Assembly (NCBI GenBank): GCA_018396415.1
Contig: JAGTRE010000004.1
Location: 21,380 to 85,379 of the forward strand
From: Candidatus Bathyarchaeota archaeon
Lineage (GTDB): Archaea; Thermoproteota; Bathyarchaeia; RBG-16-48-13; JAGTRE01
Length of the DNA: 64,000 bases
Reading direction: 5' to 3'
Shown here piece after piece: positions 1 through 9,027 of this stretch. The notes beneath the pieces are model-generated. The model was not told where the DNA came from. It saw only the letters and a program-made list of their open reading frames with translations, and made no database searches. Both the position numbers and the translations under genes were made by a program. How positions within the stretch are numbered: the stretch's first letter is position 1; each line of letters begins with the position of its first letter.

Positions 1-1019
1 ATAGGCAAGCCTGGTTTGTTACCGCTGGTCATGACTAAAGCTGGTTCTTTAACATATTGAAAGAGCATAAGGTGAATCCCGGTGTATGGAAGCATAACAC
101 CGATTGTATCAAGTTCAGGGGCAACAAGGTTTGAAAGTGGGAAGTTTGACGCTTTTTTAAGTGTAACGATAGGTTTTTGCCATGAAGTGAGAAGTGCCGC
201 CTCTAATGGAGTGACAACAGCGTATGTTTTGATAGTTTCAAGGTCTGGAGACATTACTGCAAAGGGTTGTGTAGGTCTACGGCGACGTTTTCGAAGCTCA
301 ATTAAAGGTTGATCCTCAGTAGTTCTAACTGCAATGTGAATGCCCCCGATGCCCTTAACGGCTACAATAAAACCTTCGCCAATAAGTTTTGCCGCTTCGT
401 ATATTGGGTTGTTTGTTGAAACTGGTTGCTTGTCAGGCGTATAAAGCGTCATTTGCGGGCCGCATTTTGGACAACAGATTCCTTGGGCATGGAAACGTCT
501 GTCTTTAGGATCAGCATATTCTTCTTGACATATCGGGCAAAGTGGAAAAGCTTTCATATTAGTGCGAATTCGGTCGTATGGCAACTCATACACGGAAGTG
601 AATCTTGGGCCACAGTGAGCGCAAACAGTGAAAGGATAATGGTACCATCGTCGACCAGGAGTAAGTATATCGGAAACGCAGTCTGAACAAATACTAATAT
701 CAGGCGGAAGCATTGATCCATACGCAACAAACTCACCTTTGCTCCGTTTTATTTCGAAGCGTTTAAAGCGCCCAATAAAGGGCTCCCAAACTATTTGAAT
801 AGTTTCAATATTGCATACTGGTGGCGCTTCCTTGCGTAGAAATTCTATAAACCTTTTAATCTGTTGTTCATCGCCCTCAACTTTAATTTCCACAGTTGCA
901 TCTTCAAGATTTGTAACGTACCCTTTTAGACCATAACTCGTAGCAACACGGTAAATAAATGGGCGAAAGCCCACTCCTTGTACGGTCCCCGTAATATTAA
1001 TTGTAGCAGCGCGTGGCAC
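1..1019 (-). CDS. hypF: Carbamoyltransferase HypF (5' part; runs off the window start)
   Basis: Manual minus-strand translation from GTG at 1019 gives MPRAATINITGTVQGVGFRPFIYR (acylphosphatase domain), followed by CxxC zinc-finger motifs, HAQ.ICCPKCGP and KGIGGIH. It is absent from the ORF track because no stop falls in the window. Confidence 0.93.
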   Translation of the reverse strand, partial: MPRAATINITGTVQGVGFRPFIYRVATSYGLKGYVTNLEDATVEIKVEGDEQQIKRFIEFLRKEAPPVCNIETIQIVWEPFIGRFKRFEIKRSKGEFVAYGSMLPPDISICSDCVSDILTPGRRWYHYPFTVCAHCGPRFTSVYELPYDRIRTNMKAFPLCPICQEEYADPKDRRFHAQGICCPKCGPQMTLYTPDKQPVSTNNPIYEAAKLIGEGFIVAVKGIGGIHIAVRTTEDQPLIELRKRRRRPTQPFAVMSPDLETIKTYAVVTPLEAALLTSWQKPIVTLKKASNFPLSNLVAPELDTIGVMLPYTGIHLMLFQYVKEPALVMTSGNKPGLP

Positions 1020-1092
1020 CTATTAAGACTCCCTTTTGTACTTTCGGGTTTCAAAACGTTTATTTGTGTCTTTCTTGTGGTTTGATGCGTGA

Positions 1093-1665
1093 ATGGGTAT
1101 GTCCGTACCAAGATTAATTACTCCTGAGGATATCCGACGGTTACGAAAGTTATTCAAATTGACACAGCGGGAGTTAGCTATACGGGCTGGGGTTAGCCAA
1201 TCCTTAATTGCGCGAATTGAAGCTGGAACGGTTGATCCGCGATTATCAACATTAGGGAAGATTATGCGTGTTTTAACGGCCCCCGAGCACCAAAAAATAG
1301 CGAAAGATGTAATGCATAGCCCGGTGATTACCGTTAAAAAGACAGACACTGTACGAAGGGCTGTAGATTTAATGAGGCGATATGATATTTCACAAATTCC
1401 AGTAGTACATGGTAATAGACTTGTGGGGAGCTTGCAAGAAGCGACAATTGTGCGAAAATTGATGCAAAGCAGAGAACCCGAAAAAGTATTCAACAGTCTA
1501 GTTGAGGAAGTCATGGAAAAGCCCTTCGCCACCGTCTTACCAACGACGAGCTTAGAAAGTGTCCTAGAGTTGCTTGGCCACGGTCAACCGGCAGTATTGG
1601 TAGTAGACGGGGGAAAGCTTGTTGGAATTATTGCTAAGATAGATATTATTTCAGCGAAGATCTAA
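1093..1665 (+). CDS. XRE-type HTH plus CBS-pair transcriptional regulator
   Basis: LTQRELAIRAGVSQSLIARIEAG HTH followed by two CBS domains. Confidence 0.92.
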   Translation: MGMSVPRLITPEDIRRLRKLFKLTQRELAIRAGVSQSLIARIEAGTVDPRLSTLGKIMRVLTAPEHQKIAKDVMHSPVITVKKTDTVRRAVDLMRRYDISQIPVVHGNRLVGSLQEATIVRKLMQSREPEKVFNSLVEEVMEKPFATVLPTTSLESVLELLGHGQPAVLVVDGGKLVGIIAKIDIISAKI

Positions 1666-1707
1666 CATACTTGTAATAAGTAAATATGATCTAAGGCGAG
1701 AGAACTA

Positions 1708-2439
1708 GTGGATCCAGTATCTTTGGGTATAGGCGTTCTTGCAATTTTTGCAGCTATATTAATTGCTTATTACTACCATCGATTACTCTTGGTTCAGAAA
1801 AAGTATGATGCCGCGAAGGATATAGTAACTGGAATTGTAGTTAACTTAAATCGCCGCCTAGAAGGACAGGATGATAAAATCGAAAACATTAATCAGAATG
1901 TAACTGTCGCCCGAGCAAAGACGGATCGATTAGTTGATTTATTTAAGCAACTGGATGGAAGAATTGGACGGTTGATGACTAGTGTAGAAACAGCGTTAAC
2001 CGCAAGCCGAGAAGTTACGCGACAGACCATCTTAACAAGAGAACGGTTAAACAAGCTGGAAGTAGCGCAACAGGAGATCAAGCAACAAGTCAAAGCATTA
2101 GATGAAAAATATAGGGGACTATTGCCAGAAGAGGAAGGGGTCGTTCCATTTATTAAAAAGACATCATCACTCGCCAAGATCTTTGAAACAGAACAAGAAG
2201 TCCTTCAAATTTTATTATCACAAGGACCTAAATCCGCACCCGAAATTCAAAAAATAATTGGCAAAACCAGAGAACATACCGCGCGAATGATGAAGAAACT
2301 GTTTGAGCAAGGGTATGTTGAGCGAGATACAAGTAAAATTCCCTATAAGTATCGAATCAATGAGAAATTAAGAAGAGTGTTAGAAGAAGAATTAAAGAAA
2401 AGTGAAGTCACGGTTGAAGATAAGAAGACGAATACGTAG
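1708..2439 (+). CDS. Membrane-anchored coiled-coil protein with C-terminal winged helix
   Basis: Hydrophobic N-terminal helix, long heptad-rich region, C-terminal wHTH (GPKSAPEIQKIIGKTREHTARMMKKLFEQGYVER). Confidence 0.8.
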   Translation: MDPVSLGIGVLAIFAAILIAYYYHRLLLVQKKYDAAKDIVTGIVVNLNRRLEGQDDKIENINQNVTVARAKTDRLVDLFKQLDGRIGRLMTSVETALTASREVTRQTILTRERLNKLEVAQQEIKQQVKALDEKYRGLLPEEEGVVPFIKKTSSLAKIFETEQEVLQILLSQGPKSAPEIQKIIGKTREHTARMMKKLFEQGYVERDTSKIPYKYRINEKLRRVLEEELKKSEVTVEDKKTNT

Positions 2440-2842
2440 TTGATTGAATATTAAGATCGCGTTTTAATTTATATCTCCATCCTGTCGATGAACGAGTGTG
2501 AAGGAGAATTCCTTTGCTGACCAACCGGGAGAGGTAAGTAGAAGAAGTACTTAAACTAAGACCTGTTTTATAAAGCTCTTCATAAGCTGTTTGAACATCA
2601 CGAGATGAAAACCAACCAACAGGAAATCGTCTCTCAATTACCTCTATAACCTTTTCAAATTTAGTTAACTCCTGTGGAAGTTTTCTCCTAGATTCACTAA
2701 CCGTTATAGGAGCCCCACCAAGTAATTCTACAAGATCTAAAATTTGGAGAACCTTCTCCCTTGTAACATGCCCTTCCAAGGAAATTGAAAAATGATTTCC
2801 ATCGTGATCATGAATGTCTACACGAATCTTTCGAGCAGGCAT
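2408..2842 (-). CDS. Hypothetical protein with C-terminal winged helix
   Basis: Likely start ATG 2842 (MPARKIRVD). C-terminal FSSRDVQ..LSLSTSSTYLSRLVSKG..WRYKL is wHTH-like. Overlaps the previous gene convergently. Confidence 0.75.
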   Translation of the reverse strand: MPARKIRVDIHDHDGNHFSISLEGHVTREKVLQILDLVELLGGAPITVSESRRKLPQELTKFEKVIEVIERRFPVGWFSSRDVQTAYEELYKTGLSLSTSSTYLSRLVSKGILLHTRSSTGWRYKLKRDLNIQSTTYSSSYLQP

Positions 2843-3056
2843 AAGACTGCCTCTAACTGAATTCCTGGATACCCAGATTAACAAATTCTCAAATTAAAAG
2901 AATTTTTGGTGAATACACGGTTCGTGTGAAGATTTTAAATCGGTCAAAAAACATGGAAATTGGCGAAAAAAGTCTTTTTCTGGATTTTTTAGCATTTTCA
3001 CAAGTTCACATTATGTTCTCCCGATGAACGAAGTAAAAATCTGAAATTATAGGCAT

Positions 3057-3077
3057 TTGCAATGGAAATCGAGGGGT
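3057..3077 (+). promoter_or_regulatory. ORB-like element
   Basis: TTGCAATGGAAATCGAGGGGT resembles the TTCCAGTGGAAA-N-GGGGT consensus. Confidence 0.7.
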
Positions 3078-3176
3078 CTATGCATTTTACTTAAAAAAGT
3101 GCAAAAAATTCCTTAATACGAAGAAATTTTGATTTTTAAAGCATATTTTTTTAACTATTTCACAACAGTTCACTAA

Positions 3177-3599
3177 TTACTTGATTATGTGAAATACAGG
3201 ACAATTCTGAAAAACGTGTTTGAATTTCTCAAAAATAGCTTCATCCATTAGCAAATCTCCATTTGAAAACTTTTGGTATTTTAATCCTTGAAGAGGATTT
3301 TGTGGAGGGTCAGAAGCGTCTACTGATTTTGGAGTGGATCCTAATGGAACGTAGTGCCAACGAATTCGGGAAGCCTTACCCTTCCGGCCTAAATATTCAA
3401 TTTTCCACCAATACCGACCATGGTAAGTGTAAACACGTCGCCCACGTCGTGTGTATACGGTGTGTTTTGGCTTCAGATAATATCTTTTATGAAGCTTCTG
3501 TAGCTTTTCATTGTATTCGCGCAAAATTTTTTGATATTGCTGTTCGATTCTAGCTAGGGCTGCGCTTCCATTGACGATTAAGACCTGTGTCCCCGGCAT
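3177..3599 (-). CDS. Basic, Tyr/Trp-rich hypothetical protein inside the origin region
   Basis: 140-aa ATG ORF with YYLKPKH..YTYHGRYWWK..RWHY and its own TATA box about 30 bp upstream. Confidence 0.75.
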   Translation of the reverse strand: MPGTQVLIVNGSAALARIEQQYQKILREYNEKLQKLHKRYYLKPKHTVYTRRGRRVYTYHGRYWWKIEYLGRKGKASRIRWHYVPLGSTPKSVDASDPPQNPLQGLKYQKFSNGDLLMDEAIFEKFKHVFQNCPVFHIIK

Positions 3600-3610
3600 A
3601 GTTGATCAAT

Positions 3611-3664
3611 GTATGTTTTGGCTAAACTAATTTATATTTTTAACTATGTTTAGCCAAAACATAC
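3611..3664. repeat. Perfect 17-bp inverted repeat with 20-bp AT-rich spacer
   Basis: GTATGTTTTGGCTAAAC (3611-3627) and GTTTAGCCAAAACATAC (3648-3664). Confidence 0.95.
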
Positions 3665-3673
3665 GTTACCCTA

Positions 3674-3695
3674 ACCCCTCTAAATCCAGTGGAAC
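3674..3695 (-). promoter_or_regulatory. ORB element
   Basis: Minus strand reads GTTCCACTGGATTTAGAGGGGT, close to the canonical ORB. Confidence 0.82.
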
Positions 3696-3844
3696 CGCCG
3701 ACCGTCTATCACGTACCACTAATAAAGTCTTCAACTTAGTAGTCTAAATATCTTGAAAAAATAATTAAATATCAAAAATGTTTCTAACCGTTTGGAGACT
3801 TTTTCCATCTAAATTATTTATATTAATTCTAATTAATGGAGACT

Positions 3845-3865
3845 TTCCAGTAGAATAATAGGGGT
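3845..3865 (+). promoter_or_regulatory. ORB-like element just upstream of cdc6
   Basis: TTCCAGTAGAATAATAGGGGT. Confidence 0.72.
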
Positions 3866-3994
3866 GTGGGAGGTCAAAGCAATCAATTCCTAGTCGGTTT
3901 TTCTAGTGCTTCTTGTTTGACCTTCTGTATGAGAAGGCTTTTGTTTAGTGGAAGTGGCGCTTTTGCTATTGTAACAATTTTAGAGGGTGAAGCA

Positions 3995-5248
3995 TTGAGT
4001 TCTGTTTCAAAGAAAGACCTTCTTGAAGATGTTTTTGATAAATTCCTACAGGCATCAGGAATTTTTCGAGAAAGAGAGGTCCTGCGACCAGATTACGTTC
4101 CTTCACATTTGCCACATCGGGAGGAACAATTAAAGCGACTGGCTGAGATTCTTGCTCCAGTTTTAAAAGGTTCTCGATGTTCAAACGTTTTTATTTACGG
4201 TCAGACAGGAACAGGTAAGACTGCGGTAATCCGTCATGTTCTCGATCGCTTAATTCATAAAGGCCATGAAAGTGGTGCACCTCTTGAGGCATGCTATGTA
4301 AACTGCCGCCTGGCCGGGACGGATTATCGGGTGTTATCAAAGATGTGCGAGACATTAGGGTTGGAAATTCCATTCACCGGGTTAGCTGTTGGGGAAGTTT
4401 TTGATAGGTTCAAAACTGCGTTGGACGCCCAGGAATCTCTCTTACTTATTATTTTAGATGAAATCGACGCGTTAATCAAGATGCGGGGAGATACCTTACT
4501 CTACGAATTAACCCGGATAAACGAGAGTTTAAGGCATGGTCGTGTAGTGTTAATTGGGATATCAAATGATCTTCATTTTAAAGAGTTACTGGATCCGCGA
4601 GTATTAAGCAGTCTTGGCGAAGAGGAAGTCGTATTTAGACCGTATACCGCTCCTGAGCTTCGCGATATACTTTTTGAGCGAGCAAAATTAGCCTTCTCAG
4701 ATGGAGTTTTGACCGATGGAGTTATTAATTTATGTGCGGCGGTTGCTGCAGCCGAGCATGGAGATGCTCGCAGAGCATTAGACCTTTTGAGGGTAGCCGG
4801 GGAGTTGGCGGAGCGAGAAGGAAATACAAGGGTTACAGATGATCATGTGCGACGTGCTCAGGAGAAAATTGAACAAGACCGAGTAGTTGAAGTTCTTAAA
4901 ACACTTCCACTTCACTCAAAATTAGTCTTATGTGGTATATACTTAATGAAGCAGGCAGAAATTAACGAATCGATTACTGGGGATGTCTTTGCAGTATATA
5001 CCGAGCTTTGCGAGCATTTAGGCATCGATCCATTGACCCAACGCCGCGTCAGTGGGCTAATTAATGAACTGGATGTTATTGGGGTATTAAATACGCGAGT
5101 AGTTAGTCTTGGACGATATGGGCGAACAAAACGAGTCCGACTTGGAGTGTCCCGCAGCGTTATTAAAGCAGTCTTCACCGATGATAATTGGGTTGGGCGA
5201 TTACTAGCGTATGTCCCTAAATGTCTCCGGCGAAACGGAACAGGTTAA
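3995..5248 (+). CDS. cdc6: Orc1/Cdc6 replication initiator
   Basis: Walker A GQTGTGKT, Walker B ILDEID, GDARRALD and C-terminal wHTH (SLGRYGRTK). Start placed at TTG 3995 behind a GAGGGTGA RBS; the ORF track extends to 3866. Confidence 0.97.
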   Translation: MSSVSKKDLLEDVFDKFLQASGIFREREVLRPDYVPSHLPHREEQLKRLAEILAPVLKGSRCSNVFIYGQTGTGKTAVIRHVLDRLIHKGHESGAPLEACYVNCRLAGTDYRVLSKMCETLGLEIPFTGLAVGEVFDRFKTALDAQESLLLIILDEIDALIKMRGDTLLYELTRINESLRHGRVVLIGISNDLHFKELLDPRVLSSLGEEEVVFRPYTAPELRDILFERAKLAFSDGVLTDGVINLCAAVAAAEHGDARRALDLLRVAGELAEREGNTRVTDDHVRRAQEKIEQDRVVEVLKTLPLHSKLVLCGIYLMKQAEINESITGDVFAVYTELCEHLGIDPLTQRRVSGLINELDVIGVLNTRVVSLGRYGRTKRVRLGVSRSVIKAVFTDDNWVGRLLAYVPKCLRRNGTG

Positions 5249-5810
5249 GGTTATTGGAGTTGAAGACGGCGGCTTTCCTGCGCTTCGCCCACCAGGTTCA
5301 CGGCATGGAAAGGCGTTATTAGTCTGCGTCCAAATGGATGGTCCTTGGATTGAAGCCGTGCAAATAAGGACAATTACAGTCGATGGGACCGATGCTACAT
5401 CCCGCCTCCTCGAAATGCTCAAGGAATTAACTTTTGATGCGATTCTGCTTGGGGGCATCTCTTTTGCAGGTTTCAATCTTATAGATCCATGCAAAGTTTA
5501 TGCGGCTGTTAACAAACCAGTTATAGTTATTTCCAAGAGACGCCCAGATAACGTTGCAGTAAAACGAGCTCTAGTCTGCCATTTTGAAGATTGGGCTGCC
5601 CGTTGGGAAATTATCGAGAAACTAGAAGGAGGAATACATGAGGTTTTATCCATGGAGGGGGAGCCGCCAATTTACATTGAAGTTGTAGGAGCCAAAGTTT
5701 CTTGGGCTCAAAAATTGATTCGTAACTTGTCAACTCGTTGCAGGATCCCAGAGCCTATACGGGTCGCACGTTTTATTGCCCGTGGGTTAACGCGAGGTCT
5801 TCAGTACTAG
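5211..5810 (+). CDS. DUF99 family endonuclease V-like protein
   Basis: VIGVEDG, ITVDGTDAT, GISFAGFNLID and IPEPIRVA motifs. Start uncertain. Confidence 0.85.
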   Translation: MSLNVSGETEQVKVIGVEDGGFPALRPPGSRHGKALLVCVQMDGPWIEAVQIRTITVDGTDATSRLLEMLKELTFDAILLGGISFAGFNLIDPCKVYAAVNKPVIVISKRRPDNVAVKRALVCHFEDWAARWEIIEKLEGGIHEVLSMEGEPPIYIEVVGAKVSWAQKLIRNLSTRCRIPEPIRVARFIARGLTRGLQY

Positions 5811-7344
5811 TAAAATTCATTTCTGTGAGATGTAATTTTTGGAGGTCAACGATAGGCATTTTACCCGGGGTGGGTTCCAAGCCCATTTTTCTTTGGTATG
5901 ATGTCTGGCTTTGCCATGCTCCTGAATTGACTATAAGCACCCCGCGATAACTTGTATAGCCGTTAATATGCACATGGCCAGAGTGGAAGATATCTGGGGA
6001 ATCATCTATTACTAAGTAATCCTTGGGCTCAGGAGCAATTGGAGTCCTTTTCCCATACACTGGAGCTAAATGCCTAGATCTAAGTAGAAGCTCCATGGCT
6101 TTTTCAGGATGTCGATAAGTAAGATTTGGAATCGATCCAATTACGTCTTCAAGGCTTCGCCCATGATAAAGTAAGATGGAAACTCCATGGAGGACGACTT
6201 TTGCAGGATCACCTAGCATTATAACTCTCCTCATTTCATAAATCGGTTCAGCATATTTTCTCGGAATCGCTGGCTGGGGTAATGCTTGTCTAGTGGCATC
6301 ATGATTCCCGGGAATAAGAATAACCTCAATATAGTCAGGTATCTGTTCAATGAACTGTGCGGCTACGCGGTATTGTTCATAGATGTCATGGATTATCAAT
6401 TCTCTCTCTTGTTCAGGATATACCCCAATGCCGTCAACAAGGTCTCCGGCGATTATGAAGTACTTAACTCGTCCAGCTAACTCCCTTTGAGCCCCGTTTC
6501 CAGTTTTTCCATTTAACCACAAGATTACTCGATTAAATGTTTCACGAAGAAATGTCTTGCTACCTACATGAAGATCAGATGTTAAAGCGACTGCGATGTT
6601 CTCCGTTGCTGGATTTGGCTTCCGGTCTGGAAGGTCGGGCCAAATAAAGTCGATGGCAATTAATATATCATTGTTACCACGCCGGGCATTAATGCATATA
6701 ACTTGGTCGAGGAGAATTTTTTGCGCTTTCTCAATTACCGTGGCTTCTGCGGTAGGTGGAACGATAATCGTAGCGGTGACTTCTAAGTCTTCGATTTGCA
6801 TGAATACCCTTCTTTTTCTTTCTCGCTTCTCGGTGACGATGCCTATCGTCTTTAGTTCTGTGTTTGGGGGAGCTTCTAATGCAACTCTTAAGGGTACGGC
6901 ATCTCTGGCATCAAGGCGCTGTCTAAGTAGTTTTTCAATTCTTAAAAATCGATCCCTAAAACACTGCAAAAAATCATCAATATTGCCAGTAGAGCTTACT
7001 GTCGCAGTAGGATCCTCAACAATTTTAATGTTACTCTTAACTTCTTTTGCATAAGGGTGAAAGATGCCCTTTCCGGTCAAGACTGGAGGTAAAGGTTTTG
7101 TCGCTTCCTTCTCCGGCAGAAGTTCCCTAGCAGCGTCTTCAATAAGTTGACGTGTAATAAACAATGGGCGCTCAGGCAGCATATTGGCTTGATCGATTGC
7201 TCGTTTAATTATTTTACCTACATCTGTCGTCTTTGATAGAACCTGGAGTATGTTAAATGCCTCTTGATCAAGTTGGTAACCAGAACTAACTGCGAAAGTT
7301 ACGGCTTGCCTAAGCTTATCGCTGGCAACTGAATTTTCCACCAA
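5773..7344 (-). CDS. polB: DNA polymerase D small subunit DP1 (proofreading exonuclease)
   Basis: OB fold plus calcineurin-like motifs SDLHVGS, GDLVDGIG, PGNHD, YHGRS, GHVH. Confidence 0.96.
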   Translation of the reverse strand: MVENSVASDKLRQAVTFAVSSGYQLDQEAFNILQVLSKTTDVGKIIKRAIDQANMLPERPLFITRQLIEDAARELLPEKEATKPLPPVLTGKGIFHPYAKEVKSNIKIVEDPTATVSSTGNIDDFLQCFRDRFLRIEKLLRQRLDARDAVPLRVALEAPPNTELKTIGIVTEKRERKRRVFMQIEDLEVTATIIVPPTAEATVIEKAQKILLDQVICINARRGNNDILIAIDFIWPDLPDRKPNPATENIAVALTSDLHVGSKTFLRETFNRVILWLNGKTGNGAQRELAGRVKYFIIAGDLVDGIGVYPEQERELIIHDIYEQYRVAAQFIEQIPDYIEVILIPGNHDATRQALPQPAIPRKYAEPIYEMRRVIMLGDPAKVVLHGVSILLYHGRSLEDVIGSIPNLTYRHPEKAMELLLRSRHLAPVYGKRTPIAPEPKDYLVIDDSPDIFHSGHVHINGYTSYRGVLIVNSGAWQSQTSYQRKMGLEPTPGKMPIVDLQKLHLTEMNFTSTEDLALTHGQ

Positions 7345-7901
7345 GGTTTTTCCACCGGAATGATTATGATACCTTCATTCGTGTTACCTATGCTTTCAGT
7401 CATTCCTAAAAGATGTAAGTTTGCCGTCAACGCAGCGGTCATAGCGTCAATTTCATGAAGAGTTAATTGTTTCCGCTGAAAATTTCCAGAGAATCCCATT
7501 TTTAAAAATTCTTCTTGAATTCGCTTCGAATTGTGGAGGGACATTCGAAGAGCCTTTCTTGTTGATAGTGGATGGACCTCGATTACAGTTATTTTCGCTT
7601 CCTCTAATGATTTAGTGAGGCTCTTCGCTCTTTGGGTTAACATCTTCATGCCCTTAAATAATGGCGGCAAAACTTGGTATCCTCGCCACCGCATCACTTG
7701 ATCTGCTACTCTCATGAATCCTTTTTTTGGAAAGGTAAGTGGGGCGTCAATTGCTACCAACTCTGGCTTTACGCTTACAGTTTCAGATAAGATTTCAGAA
7801 TCCTCATAGAGTTCCTTAACCTCAAATATTCCATCATGCAACAATGCCCAGCCTGTTAGATTACGCGGATCCCCCGAAAGATCTATTCCTACTATTTGCA
7901 T
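7299..7901 (-). CDS. DUF429 family RNase H-fold predicted nuclease
   Basis: VGIDLS, AIDAPL, IEVHP and HEIDA motifs. Confidence 0.85.
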   Translation of the reverse strand: MQIVGIDLSGDPRNLTGWALLHDGIFEVKELYEDSEILSETVSVKPELVAIDAPLTFPKKGFMRVADQVMRWRGYQVLPPLFKGMKMLTQRAKSLTKSLEEAKITVIEVHPLSTRKALRMSLHNSKRIQEEFLKMGFSGNFQRKQLTLHEIDAMTAALTANLHLLGMTESIGNTNEGIIIIPVEKPWWKIQLPAISLGKP

Positions 7902-7981
7902 GGGTTCTTCTCAAAGTAATTAGGGCATACGCCACCGTTTAAGTCGACCGCTTGTAGGCTAACTACAAGTTCAGTTGGCAT

Positions 7982-8842
7982 TTATGCGACGGCTCCGACA
8001 AGAGCATCTTTGCAAACGCACTTGCGCTCCGGGGGAATGAGTTTAACTGCTTTACGAAAGACTTTTTGGACATTTCCAATGTTTTCGGCAAAAATTTTTG
8101 TTACTTCTTCATGTGTAATTTTAGTTGGGCCCGTTCCGGCCGCGTAATTAGTGGCCATGGCGATTGAGGCATAACACATTGTTAATTCCCGGGCGAGGAC
8201 GCATTCTGGAACGTTAGTCATTCCAACCACATCCGCACCCAATAATTTATATGCGCGTATCTCCGCTGCAGTTTCGAAACGAGGGCCATCAGTGCATACA
8301 TATGTACCAGTATTGATATAGTGAATGTTCAACTCTTCACATGCCCTTATCAGTACAGCCCTAAGTTCTGGGCAATACGGTTGAGTTACGTCGATGTGAA
8401 CCACGGTTTTGATTGGTGGCTTATCAGGCCACACCTGTATGGGTGTTTTTCCATCGTAAAACGAGTACACTCGACTCTTAGTCTCGTCAATGAATTGATC
8501 AATAATCACCAGCGTGCCTGGCTTAATAACGGGATTTATGGCACCGCAAGCTTGACTCGTCAGAATTCTTTCCACACCAAGCATTCTCAATGCGTAAACA
8601 TTTGCACGATAGTTAACCTTAGCTGGTGGAATCGCATGTTTTACCTCCGTTGAACCAGGTTCCGCATGCCTCGGAAGAAAGGCAACTCTTACTCCATTAA
8701 TCTCACCAATCTCAATTCGTGGACTCTTTCCAAATGGAGTGTCGATGAAAAGATACTTAGGATTTTCAAGGATAGCGTATAACCCTGAACCACCAATGAT
8801 GGCAACTTTTATTGGGACAACCTCTTCAAGTTCAACCTTCAA
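7982..8842 (-). CDS. mtnP: MTAP-family nucleoside phosphorylase, Asn-type (likely methylthioinosine/6-oxopurine specific)
   Basis: IIGGSG, FLPRH, VNYRAN, GPRFETAAE, VGMT; base-binding motif TNYAAG. Confidence 0.88.
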   Translation of the reverse strand: MKVELEEVVPIKVAIIGGSGLYAILENPKYLFIDTPFGKSPRIEIGEINGVRVAFLPRHAEPGSTEVKHAIPPAKVNYRANVYALRMLGVERILTSQACGAINPVIKPGTLVIIDQFIDETKSRVYSFYDGKTPIQVWPDKPPIKTVVHIDVTQPYCPELRAVLIRACEELNIHYINTGTYVCTDGPRFETAAEIRAYKLLGADVVGMTNVPECVLARELTMCYASIAMATNYAAGTGPTKITHEEVTKIFAENIGNVQKVFRKAVKLIPPERKCVCKDALVGAVA

Positions 8843-9027
8843 TCATAGCACCTGCTTTACTTACGAAATAAAGATTTGACTTTTATCGTTAATAAAAGAT
8901 GGCACGCTAAATAGAAGAGAAGGATGGCATTCTTTTGCTTTAAAACAACTGGTAAATATCTGGTCTTTTAAAAAGAGTATTATTCTTTACTTTACTTACC
9001 AGTCCTATACTCAGCGGAGGTAACCTC

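Larger units (their letters stand above)
2885..3994. other. Candidate chromosomal replication origin (oriC) upstream of cdc6/orc1
   Basis: Three ORB-like elements with G-strings (3057-3077 +, 3674-3695 -, 3845-3865 +), AT-rich tracts, adjacent to cdc6 and DP1. Confidence 0.8.

Noticed and set aside
3866..3994. 43-aa N-terminal extension of Cdc6 shown in the ORF track
   Set aside because: It abuts an ORB and does not look like Cdc6; the RBS supports TTG 3995.
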